This document shows, one piece after another, positions 1 through 8,453 of a DNA stretch of 17,559 nucleotides. Origin of the DNA: Candidatus Hodarchaeum mangrovi (GTDB taxonomy: Archaea > Asgardarchaeota > Heimdallarchaeia > Hodarchaeales > Hodarchaeaceae); assembly GCA_016839515.1 (NCBI GenBank), contig JAEOUE010000052.1, forward strand, positions 1 to 17,559, read 5' to 3'. The translations under genes were made by a program, and so were the position numbers. Position 1 is the stretch's first letter; each line of letters starts with the position of its first letter. The notes below the pieces were generated by a model. It worked only from the letters and a program-made list of their open reading frames with translations, did no database searches and was not told where the DNA came from.

Positions 1-289
1 ATTTTGGGAAAAAAATTAACTATTAAGTCATTTTATGATATTTCGTATTGCTAGAGATACTTTTGGAAAGGAAAATAAGCATGTTCAACATAACATTCAA
101 TTTAATATCTATTTATTTTTAAAATAATTCTTTTTTCTAATAGAGACAGATATTAAGGAGAAATTTTGTTTTAAAAAGGACTAGATAAGAGTATTATAGA
201 TATAGAATTTTTTTAAAACATAATTGTGATTTTGAAAGAGAAAAAATCTTTCACTTAATGCAGATTAAATGTGAGAGTTCCTGTGACCA

Positions 290-1522
290 ATGAAAGACTC
301 TAATTTTGAAATTAGTCGTTTTTTTGAGAATAAATCAAATATTTTTCGCGATGAATCGATTTTTTCTCCCTCTTACATCCCAAATGTCTTAATCCATCGG
401 GAGGACACGCTCCGGCAGTTAACTAACTATTTTAAATCGATTTTTACATTAAATTTCCCTCCTTCAGGAAAATCTGTAATTATTCAGGGTTCTGTTGGAT
501 TAGGGAAGACGGTTGTTGTTAAAAAATTTGGCAAAGCTGTTGAAACCTTTTGTAAAAGCTCTTCCTCCCGTCCTTCAATGAAAATAATTTATTTTCATAT
601 TAATTGCAGGCGTCAAAGAACTTGGTATTTGGTGCTTACTTCTATACTAAGACATTTCATTCTTGCTTTTCCCCCTCGTGGATATAGTACTGATGAATTA
701 ATACAATTATTAACACGAATACTTAAAGAAAGAAATCAGCACCTCTTATTATGTCTTGATGAAATCGATTATTTAATTATTGATAAAAAAAGCCAAGATG
801 AATTATATTCCCTTATTCGTGGGCATGAAGAAGATTTAAATGACAATAGATCTCATATTTCCCTAATCTTAATCACAAGAGATCCCCATTTCCTTTTGTT
901 TTTGGATTCTGCCCTCTATTCATCCTTATCACAAACAATAATAGTCTTTTCAAAGTATTCAGAACAACAGCTATATGAAATTTTAATTGATCGGGCTAAT
1001 TCTGGATTGAAATCCACTACATATACAGAGGAAGTAATCAGGATGATTGCTTCATTAACATATGAAGTTGGGGATGTTAGATATGCAATTGAACTTTTAT
1101 GGAGGGCAGCAAAATTAGCAGAAAGTGAATTATCTTCCTCAATTGAGTTTGAACATGTGAGAAAATCTCATTCATGCATAATGCCAATTAAAAAGAGTGT
1201 TATTACTGACTTACCAATCCATCAACAATTTATTCTAATGGCTCTTGCTTTATTGTTGATAAATGATCGTTCAAAGTCTCAAATTACTACAATGAAATTA
1301 AAAGAGAAATATTATGAAATTTGTAAGAAAAACAGATTAAAACCACGAAGACAAACTCAATTCTGGGGTTATTTACAAAAGCTATCAGCTTTAGGACTAA
1401 TTAAACTGAATGTGTATAATAAACACAAAGAAGGAAAATCTTTAGGAAGGACAACTTGCATTAGTATTCATTCATTTTCAGCAGAGCAGCTAGTAGAACA
1501 AATTAATAATTTCAGCTATTGA
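290..1522 (+). CDS. cdc6: Orc1/Cdc6 family replication initiator (AAA+ ATPase plus C-terminal winged helix)
   Basis: N-terminal 'IFRDESIFSPSYIPNVLIHRE', Walker A GSVGLGKT, 'HINC', Walker B LLLCLDEID, sensor-2 region GDVRYAIELL, and wHTH ending 'YLQKLSALGLI...GKSLGRTT'. 410 aa is typical. Confidence 0.95.
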   Translation: MKDSNFEISRFFENKSNIFRDESIFSPSYIPNVLIHREDTLRQLTNYFKSIFTLNFPPSGKSVIIQGSVGLGKTVVVKKFGKAVETFCKSSSSRPSMKIIYFHINCRRQRTWYLVLTSILRHFILAFPPRGYSTDELIQLLTRILKERNQHLLLCLDEIDYLIIDKKSQDELYSLIRGHEEDLNDNRSHISLILITRDPHFLLFLDSALYSSLSQTIIVFSKYSEQQLYEILIDRANSGLKSTTYTEEVIRMIASLTYEVGDVRYAIELLWRAAKLAESELSSSIEFEHVRKSHSCIMPIKKSVITDLPIHQQFILMALALLLINDRSKSQITTMKLKEKYYEICKKNRLKPRRQTQFWGYLQKLSALGLIKLNVYNKHKEGKSLGRTTCISIHSFSAEQLVEQINNFSY

Positions 1523-2973
1523 TCATCTGCAATTCGCTTTAAAAACCGTGCTACAGCCTCCTCACGTAATCGTGAAAATCGGCTACTACTTTGGCCTACT
1601 TCATGATGTTTTTTAGTTGCCTCACCTTCTGTTATTCCTTTCTGATAATCAAAGATACAAACACTGTTTGAAAGAATCAAGATAAATAAGATCATTGGAA
1701 AGAATTGTGCTGACATGCCAGAAAGGACTAAAAGAGAAGTAAGGGATCCTATCACTAACCGTTCGTAAAGATCTTTTAATTGAAGAATGATTATTAGAAT
1801 AAGAGTAAAACCAATCAAAGTAAAAAGCCAAGTAAAATCTTCTAAACTAAACAAGAGTATAATTTCAGAGAAAATTGATCCTCCAAAAGAACCATCTAAG
1901 ATCCTTTGTTCGGTATTATAGAAAAATACAGTCGATTTTAGAGTTTCTATAATCCCAAAGGGGAGTAGAAAAATAAATGTTAATAAAATTGGGATCAAAG
2001 AGAGTTTTATTGCCGTAAAGTATTCTTTTTTATGCAAATATTGAATGAAATATCCAACAATAAAGATTCCTGCGAAATATTTTGAAAGCATACTTAATGA
2101 CCAGAACAACAATGTAAGACTGCCAATCTCTTTCTTATGAAAATACCACCCTGCAAAAAAGAGAGTTTGAGCCAAACATACATTATTCCAAATCATAATA
2201 GTAAAGAATACTAACCCAAGGAGTAGAGCCTCTTGTTTTTTGCATTCTAAGATTTTATGTATTAAAATAGATGAAATAGCCATAAAGAATAAATTTGTAA
2301 GTAAAATTCCCATTCCATTAAAACCTGGGAGAAATGAAACAATTCCTGTTGTGTTCAGTTCAGGTAGGATATTGAAAATATCGATCATTTCGAGTATAGG
2401 CTTGAAACTCCTAACAAAAGTGGTTAAAAGTAGATCTAGCATAAATCTAATTGGGAAGAACACTTCCATTTCCATAAATATCGCTGATATAAAACTTAGC
2501 AATCCTAGGAACAAGGAATATGTTAACAAATCAACTGGTAAATATGCATAGGTTGTAAGTCGAAATTCTCCTGGGATATCTGGAATAGCATGTCTAACTC
2601 CCTCTACGACATAAGGATTTTGCCCTTCCCATAGCAATCGTGCCCCATCTATTACTCCTACTGTAATATCCCCTGAAAAGGCAATATTTTGAAATAAAAA
2701 TAATATTAACAGAGACAAGCCAATTCCATAGTAGAAGATCTTGGTTGAAGCTTCAATTCTTTTTCTTGAATAAACAAAATAAATTCCATAAAAAATAACA
2801 CAATTGAAAGAAATTACTCCTATCCAATATGATTGGTCTAGAATCATGAAATTGTCATTAATCCATGCTAAAAGTATAAATAGAAAAATTGGAATGGAAA
2901 TAAGAATCCCCATAGTTAGCTCTGGATTTTCTTCTACTTTCTTTTTTACCCGAGAAAAAAGGCTTTCTGACAT
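1516..2973 (-). CDS. Polytopic membrane glycosyltransferase, GT-C fold (GT87/DUF2029/PIG-M-like)
   Basis: About ten or more hydrophobic segments. The first large loop reads 'GD...IDGARLLWEGQNPY...TTYAYLP', matching the D..a..l..G.nPY / Y.Y.P signature of GT-C mannosyltransferases; later 'SMLSKYF' motif. Its 3' end overlaps the cdc6 3' end by 7 bp. Confidence 0.65.
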   Translation of the reverse strand: MSESLFSRVKKKVEENPELTMGILISIPIFLFILLAWINDNFMILDQSYWIGVISFNCVIFYGIYFVYSRKRIEASTKIFYYGIGLSLLILFLFQNIAFSGDITVGVIDGARLLWEGQNPYVVEGVRHAIPDIPGEFRLTTYAYLPVDLLTYSLFLGLLSFISAIFMEMEVFFPIRFMLDLLLTTFVRSFKPILEMIDIFNILPELNTTGIVSFLPGFNGMGILLTNLFFMAISSILIHKILECKKQEALLLGLVFFTIMIWNNVCLAQTLFFAGWYFHKKEIGSLTLLFWSLSMLSKYFAGIFIVGYFIQYLHKKEYFTAIKLSLIPILLTFIFLLPFGIIETLKSTVFFYNTEQRILDGSFGGSIFSEIILLFSLEDFTWLFTLIGFTLILIIILQLKDLYERLVIGSLTSLLVLSGMSAQFFPMILFILILSNSVCIFDYQKGITEGEATKKHHEVGQSSSRFSRLREEAVARFLKRIADDQ

Positions 2974-3166
2974 TGTTGATCAGCTAATATACCTTTTGAG
3001 TACTTGATATCATATAGTTGCACTATTTAGGGTTTGGATTAAAGTTATTGTGTATAATGGCTATGAAACAATAAACATCTTGACAGTAAAAATAAAGCTC
3101 TTTCTAGCAAACGAAGGGATTTTATTGTTAAAAAATTAATTTCTAAAATAGTATGGAATTCTTACT

Positions 3167-3210
3167 AAAAAATAAAAAAAAGGGGGGAAAAGAGACCTAT
3201 CGTCTCTTTT
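3167..3210 (-). terminator. Hairpin plus oligo-U terminator of the surface protein gene
   Basis: Perfect 9-bp inverted repeat AAAAGAGAC (3188-3196) / GTCTCTTTT (3202-3210) with the TAG stop in the loop. On the minus strand it is followed by CCCCCCTTTTTTTTATTTTTT. Confidence 0.7.
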
Positions 3211-5608
3211 TGAAGAAAATTGGAATAGCTAGCAATCCAGAAATAATGAATATACCTTCAAAACCAGGAGTGAGTTCTATGGTTGTAGTTGTGGTCGTTG
3301 GGGTTGTAGTTGGGGGAGTTGTGGTTGGTGTTGGCCAATTTTCAGCATTGATATTGACTGTCATGTCAGAATAACTACCCATAGAGTCAAAGGATCCTGT
3401 AGATTTCCAGAAGTAGTATTCTTCACTGTAAGCTGAGACAGCGATTTCAACTATAGTTTTGGTGCTAGTATCGTTATCTGTGTTTTTACCATTGAATTCC
3501 AAGAAAGTATCCATTCCTGCATGAGTAACGTTTTCATTCCAATTCATACCGAAATTGAAGGCATTTATTACCATGGCATCACCAGGATCGTCTCCAACAG
3601 TACCAGTTAACATTGCTAAGAAGTCTGGATTTGTCAAGACATTGTTCATTGCATCCATGATTGCTTCGACGAGGGTCGGTAGTCCACCAACGACTTCCCA
3701 ATCAGGGGTTCTAACAGGAAGTGGTAACAACATTTTTGGATCGATTGGTATTCCAAACATGGGTCCAGTTTGGCTATCTTGAGCTCCAAGACCACCCATT
3801 GGTTTCATTGGCATCATGAACATATTCCACATAGAACCTTCTGGGATGTAAGTAGTATAGCCTGTTCCAGGCATCTCTTGAATTTCTAGGACAATAAGAT
3901 AGGGTGTATAGGTATTGAATGGAGAGGAGTTGTCAACTATCCATGTCTCATGATAAGTGTCATTGTACCATTGCATATCATAGGGATCGTAATAGGTGTT
4001 TTCAAATTCCCGATATTCTACAGGACCATTATAAAGACTTGATGGCAACAAATCTTGAACATTCTCAAGGAAGGTTTTATCCCAGTTATAGTACATATTC
4101 CACTCTTCTCTATCAAAAACGATGGCGTTTACTACACCTGGAGTATAAGGAATCCAAGTAGAATTTTCATCCTCTGCATATAGTGGATCCCAATTTTCAT
4201 ACCCATATTGATCATACCAATAATATCCATCTCGAACTTCCCAAAAGGAGGTGCTATTTGCATATATTCCTGCATCGAACATATTTAGGGCAATCTCCCG
4301 ATATCCATGATCACCACCTTCTCCAAACATAGGCATATAGTAATCTTCAATTGGTGGTAAGGGTTCTTGAGCACCAGTTCCTCCATTAAAGAATGGTAGA
4401 CGGTCACTCATGAATCGTCCGAGATCAAACATATAGCCATCGATTGTATAGTATAATCCATCCATGGAGGTGATGGTATAATTTAGGAGGTGATTTCCAT
4501 CCAGTTCATTAATTGATCCTACGATTGCAGTTAACATCTCATTTAACATATTTTCTAAGGTCTCATTTTCTAAATCAACCATAAGAGATAATGCAACATC
4601 CATAAGATATTCACCTTTATCTCCAACAGAGACAGGAATCATATCTTGGGTGGATTGATATAGATCAAATTCTAGATAGAAATGTTCATTTGACTCTAAG
4701 ATTCCATTTTCATTGAAATCCATCCAGAAATCAAAACTGAAATATGATAAGAACCCATTTGTGCTCCATGTTGCGTCAAGAGTAAAGTTTCCGAAGTCGG
4801 CTGTATCGTTTTCTGCTATTAGTTCTATGGTTAAATCAAAATCTGTTGTATAAACCGGTGTTACGGTGGTAGTGAAATTTATGTCTTCATTTTCAGTATC
4901 AAAGGGAAGAATGTCTTCAATGACTACTTCGTTGCTCCAAAAATTAAATGCATCACTTAGATCATCTAAGAAGATGATTGAAGGAGCAAAGAATGGTAAA
5001 CCTTCATAACCATAGTTATAAAACCAGTCATTTAGAGTTTCAAATTGTGAAAAGTTAGTAGCCATTTTTATTACTGGAAAAGGAGGAGTACCACTTCCAG
5101 CTGGCAATGTGAAGCTCGAAGGTAGCATGTCAATTGGGAATGTACTAGGAGGTTCAACTCCCTCTGGAATTCGCCATGAAATAATGACATCTTCACCAAG
5201 GGACATTGCAGCTTGAATATCCAAGAGACGGCCTTTTGCTGTTGTTTGATCGTTGACAATTTTTACAAAAACTTTACTGTTTTCGAAAGTACCATCAATA
5301 GCCCATTCTGGGCCTTCATATCCTTCTCCGCCGGGCATAAAGAACCCAACATTGAAGTACTCATCCAAAGGACTAATCATTTTTGTGACATTATAGTACA
5401 GATTGGTATTTACTAAGTCACTTGCAGCCATGGGTGTGGGACCAGTTAACCAATTATTCACCAGATTTATATCATATTCAATAGAATATGTTCCTGGAGG
5501 AGGTCCTTCAGCGAAAGGATCTTCTTGGGCTAATACTGGCGTACCAAATGCTCCAAAGAGCAACATACCCATGGCCATTATTCCAAGGATATAATAGCGC
5601 ATTTTCAT
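3197..5608 (-). CDS. Secreted acidic cell-surface glycoprotein with PGF-type C-terminal sorting signal (PGF-CTERM/Heimdall-CTERM-like), possibly S-layer-like
   Basis: Signal peptide MKMRYYILGIMAMGMLLFGAFGTPVLA|Q; very D/E-rich; many N-X-S/T sequons (NVT, NFS, NFT, NDT, NYT, NST, NSS); Pro/Thr linker, then TPGF, a TM helix and a basic tail KKRR. Confidence 0.85.
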   Translation of the reverse strand: MKMRYYILGIMAMGMLLFGAFGTPVLAQEDPFAEGPPPGTYSIEYDINLVNNWLTGPTPMAASDLVNTNLYYNVTKMISPLDEYFNVGFFMPGGEGYEGPEWAIDGTFENSKVFVKIVNDQTTAKGRLLDIQAAMSLGEDVIISWRIPEGVEPPSTFPIDMLPSSFTLPAGSGTPPFPVIKMATNFSQFETLNDWFYNYGYEGLPFFAPSIIFLDDLSDAFNFWSNEVVIEDILPFDTENEDINFTTTVTPVYTTDFDLTIELIAENDTADFGNFTLDATWSTNGFLSYFSFDFWMDFNENGILESNEHFYLEFDLYQSTQDMIPVSVGDKGEYLMDVALSLMVDLENETLENMLNEMLTAIVGSINELDGNHLLNYTITSMDGLYYTIDGYMFDLGRFMSDRLPFFNGGTGAQEPLPPIEDYYMPMFGEGGDHGYREIALNMFDAGIYANSTSFWEVRDGYYWYDQYGYENWDPLYAEDENSTWIPYTPGVVNAIVFDREEWNMYYNWDKTFLENVQDLLPSSLYNGPVEYREFENTYYDPYDMQWYNDTYHETWIVDNSSPFNTYTPYLIVLEIQEMPGTGYTTYIPEGSMWNMFMMPMKPMGGLGAQDSQTGPMFGIPIDPKMLLPLPVRTPDWEVVGGLPTLVEAIMDAMNNVLTNPDFLAMLTGTVGDDPGDAMVINAFNFGMNWNENVTHAGMDTFLEFNGKNTDNDTSTKTIVEIAVSAYSEEYYFWKSTGSFDSMGSYSDMTVNINAENWPTPTTTPPTTTPTTTTTTIELTPGFEGIFIISGLLAIPIFFKKRR
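3281..3334 (-). repeat. Low-complexity Pro/Thr linker (PTPTTTPPTTTPTTTTTT), likely O-glycosylated
   Basis: Run of ACN/CCN codons directly before the PGF sorting motif. Confidence 0.8.
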
Positions 5609-5617
5609 AACTTTATT

Positions 5618-5623
5618 TCACCT
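5618..5623 (-). promoter_or_regulatory. Shine-Dalgarno-like site (AGGTGA) for the surface protein
   Basis: Minus strand reads AGGTGA-AATAAAGTT-ATG. Confidence 0.6.
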
Positions 5624-5955
5624 ATATAGGCATTTTTTATCTTAAAAGACATTTCACCCATATCTATTCAACGCTTGACTAATTCTCAAGCTCATAGGAT
5701 AGTGTGTGGATGCTTAAGATCTCTGACTCATCCTTGCTTTATAAAGGGCATCTAATACAAAAAACCGCAAAAAGTTATGAGAAGATTTTCTCTAGATCAA
5801 TAAGATCATATTGCGTGATTCAGAGTAAGGATTGGTTTCATAACCTACTTGTATTAATTCATAAGAGTTTTTAATAATAGTATTATTTAGATGAAAGATC
5901 GCACTATTAGTCTCACAAGAAGGTAAATACAAATCAATATTTAGAGTTTTTTACA

Positions 5956-8367
5956 TTGACAATCCGTATTAGTCGAGAAAAAAAAGAATTACGGTTAAGT
6001 GTTCGCGATCTTGCTTTTTTGGGTACATCAGCCCAAGGAAGGAGTTATTTAAGTTTAAGAAACACAGAAACTGGTAAAGAATACCATCATCAGATTCAAC
6101 AACAAAAAATTGAAAGTGAAAAAGCTTATGAAATTGAATATTATATAAAACATCGTTTTGAAATTGATAATTGGCGAATTATTTTAAGGGGACGAGTTGA
6201 TTCCCTTTATAGAACTCCAGAAAAAATAGTAATCGAAGAAATTAAATCAATAAATTATAGGAACTTTACTGGTTCTCCTGAGGATCCACGACTTTATGTG
6301 TATAAGAATCAATTATTAAGTTATGCTTGGATGTTTTTTCAAAAGGATGGACTTCTCACTAACGTCGAACTGGCCTTAATTACTCTTAATCGATATGATA
6401 ATAAGCAATATATTATTTTATTTCCCTATGAAGATATCTCTGAGTTCATAAAGGATCGAATAAAGCAAATAATTTGCTATGAAGAGGAAAAAGCTCAACT
6501 TTATGAACAAAAAGTGAAATCTCTAGAAAATTTAGAATTTCCTTTTTCTTTTCGCCCATTTCAAGAAAAAATAATCCAGAAAATTCATGAATGTATAACT
6601 CAACGATTAAATCTTATTATTGAAGCACCAAGTGGATTAGGAAAGACAGTAGTTTCTATCTATCCTTTTCTACGGGAAGTTATTGAAAAAAAAGGAAAAT
6701 TATTTTTTATTACTGCAAAAACAACTCAGAAAACTATTGTAGAAAAAACCCTTGAAATTTTTCAAAATCAAGGGGTAAATTTTCTTTCTATTACTCTCAA
6801 AGCAAAGGAAAAAATGTGTACAAATTCGTTTTACTATTGTCACGAAGATTATTGTCCATTTTTGAATAATCATATTAAAAATCCCCCCAAAGATTACATT
6901 CAATTTTTTGTACAAAAGAGGGGGGTCATATACCCTGAATTAATTGAAGAAGAAGCATTGAATACATATGCTTTCTGTCCATTTGAACTAGCCTTAGATA
7001 TTTCATTAGAAGCTGATATTATCCTTGGGGATTACAATTATGTCTTTCATCCAAGTATTTCTCTTCAACGATATTTTAGTCGTCCTCCTTCAAAAATTGA
7101 TCAATTCTATTTAATAATTGATGAAGCACATAATTTAATAGATCGTAGCCGAGATTATTATTCTCATTCCCTAGGACAAAAAGAGGTTCTTGATTTTAAA
7201 CAGGCAATTCGGAAATTAAGAAGACGCATTCCTACTATACCTCTTCCTGATTCTATCCCCATTAATTTGGAAAGAATTTTCCGACGCATACAGGCTGAAA
7301 TTGATACTGGAGTATCGATTCACATTCTAAAGAGGATTGATATTCCTGCTTTCCAGAAAAATTTTACTCAATTCGAAGAAATTCTGCGAGAATATCTTAA
7401 TTTCCTTATGGATAAAGAACTCCATTGGCCTGATGATCCTTTATTGGATTTTTATTATCTTTTTCGTGATTTTGTCAATACTGCATTATTAGCACAAGAT
7501 GCAGAAGAATTTTCTATCCTTTATAGTTCCAACGAAGGCAGTATCAAGATTTTCTGTAAAGATGCTTCATATTTTCTAAATCAACGTATTAAAAAGTTTT
7601 TTAGATCAGTTATAGCAATCTCTGCCACAATCACTCCTTTTCCTTTTTATCGTGACCTTCTTGGATTTCCTGTTGAAAAGACTATTTATGCAAAATTTCC
7701 TTCTCCTTTTCCTCCAGAAAGGAGAAAAGTATTAATTATTCCAGAAATAGATACACGATATCAAAATAGAGAGCATTCGTACCAACATATCGCGCAACTT
7801 GTAATGGATCTTTGTTTGATTAAACCAGGTAAATATTTTGTGTTCTTTCCTTCATTTAAGTATGCTGATGAAGTCTCGAAATATCTTCAGGAAGATTCAG
7901 GTTTTAAAATTATTAAACAAGCCCAATATATGCAGGAAGAGGAACGATTCGAATTTTTACGACTCATAGAGGAAAATCCTTACATGATTGCCGTCGGTGT
8001 TACTGCAGGAATTTTCGCTGAAGGTATTGATTTGCCTGGTTTATTAGATGGAGTATTTATCATTAGTCCCAGTCTACCTTCTTACAATTTTGAACAAGAA
8101 TTGATTCGTCAATACTATGAAGAGAGATTTGGTAACGGTTTCAATTACGCGTATCAATTTCCAGGACTCACCAGAACTTTTCAAGCTGCTGGACGTTTGA
8201 TTCGTGATTCAAATGATCGTGGCATTATCGTTTTTATTGGGAGGAGATTCTCCACTCCAAAATATGCTGATTATTTTCCAGAATACTATTATCAAAATTC
8301 CCCTTCAGAACTAATTTCTACTAATCCAAAGAATGATATCAAGCAATTTTGGGATTCAATAAAATGA
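5956..8367 (+). CDS. PD-(D/E)XK (RecB-like) nuclease fused to an Fe-S XPD/Rad3/DinG family SF2 helicase
   Basis: N-terminal GKEYH, RGRVD, IEEIKS, QLLSY nuclease motifs. Helicase Q motif FRPFQ, Walker A APSGLGKT, Fe-S cysteines (KEKMC, YCHEDYCP, FCPFE), DEAHNL, ISAT, FFPSF, FAEGID, QAAGRLIR. TTG start. Confidence 0.92.
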   Translation: MTIRISREKKELRLSVRDLAFLGTSAQGRSYLSLRNTETGKEYHHQIQQQKIESEKAYEIEYYIKHRFEIDNWRIILRGRVDSLYRTPEKIVIEEIKSINYRNFTGSPEDPRLYVYKNQLLSYAWMFFQKDGLLTNVELALITLNRYDNKQYIILFPYEDISEFIKDRIKQIICYEEEKAQLYEQKVKSLENLEFPFSFRPFQEKIIQKIHECITQRLNLIIEAPSGLGKTVVSIYPFLREVIEKKGKLFFITAKTTQKTIVEKTLEIFQNQGVNFLSITLKAKEKMCTNSFYYCHEDYCPFLNNHIKNPPKDYIQFFVQKRGVIYPELIEEEALNTYAFCPFELALDISLEADIILGDYNYVFHPSISLQRYFSRPPSKIDQFYLIIDEAHNLIDRSRDYYSHSLGQKEVLDFKQAIRKLRRRIPTIPLPDSIPINLERIFRRIQAEIDTGVSIHILKRIDIPAFQKNFTQFEEILREYLNFLMDKELHWPDDPLLDFYYLFRDFVNTALLAQDAEEFSILYSSNEGSIKIFCKDASYFLNQRIKKFFRSVIAISATITPFPFYRDLLGFPVEKTIYAKFPSPFPPERRKVLIIPEIDTRYQNREHSYQHIAQLVMDLCLIKPGKYFVFFPSFKYADEVSKYLQEDSGFKIIKQAQYMQEEERFEFLRLIEENPYMIAVGVTAGIFAEGIDLPGLLDGVFIISPSLPSYNFEQELIRQYYEERFGNGFNYAYQFPGLTRTFQAAGRLIRDSNDRGIIVFIGRRFSTPKYADYFPEYYYQNSPSELISTNPKNDIKQFWDSIK

Positions 8368-8453
8368 GATAGAGAAGTAATAAAGTCATTAAATATCTTA
8401 ATTTTTATTCTATACTGAATAATTTTTAAATTATTTTAGAATTACATTATTCT

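Noticed and set aside
1649-5594. Short alternative-frame or antisense ORFs (1649-1831, 2240-2551, 2804-3007, 3153-3374, 3555-3782, 3919-4161, 5071-5259, 5213-5416, 5403-5594)
   Set aside because: All overlap long, well-supported genes and have no recognisable motifs. The poly-Val in 3153-3374 is simply the antisense of the Thr linker.
5956-6500. Cas4 / type IV CRISPR CasDinG interpretation of the nuclease-helicase
   Set aside because: The nuclease domain lacks the Cas4 Fe-S cysteine set, and there are no cas genes or repeat-spacer array in the window.
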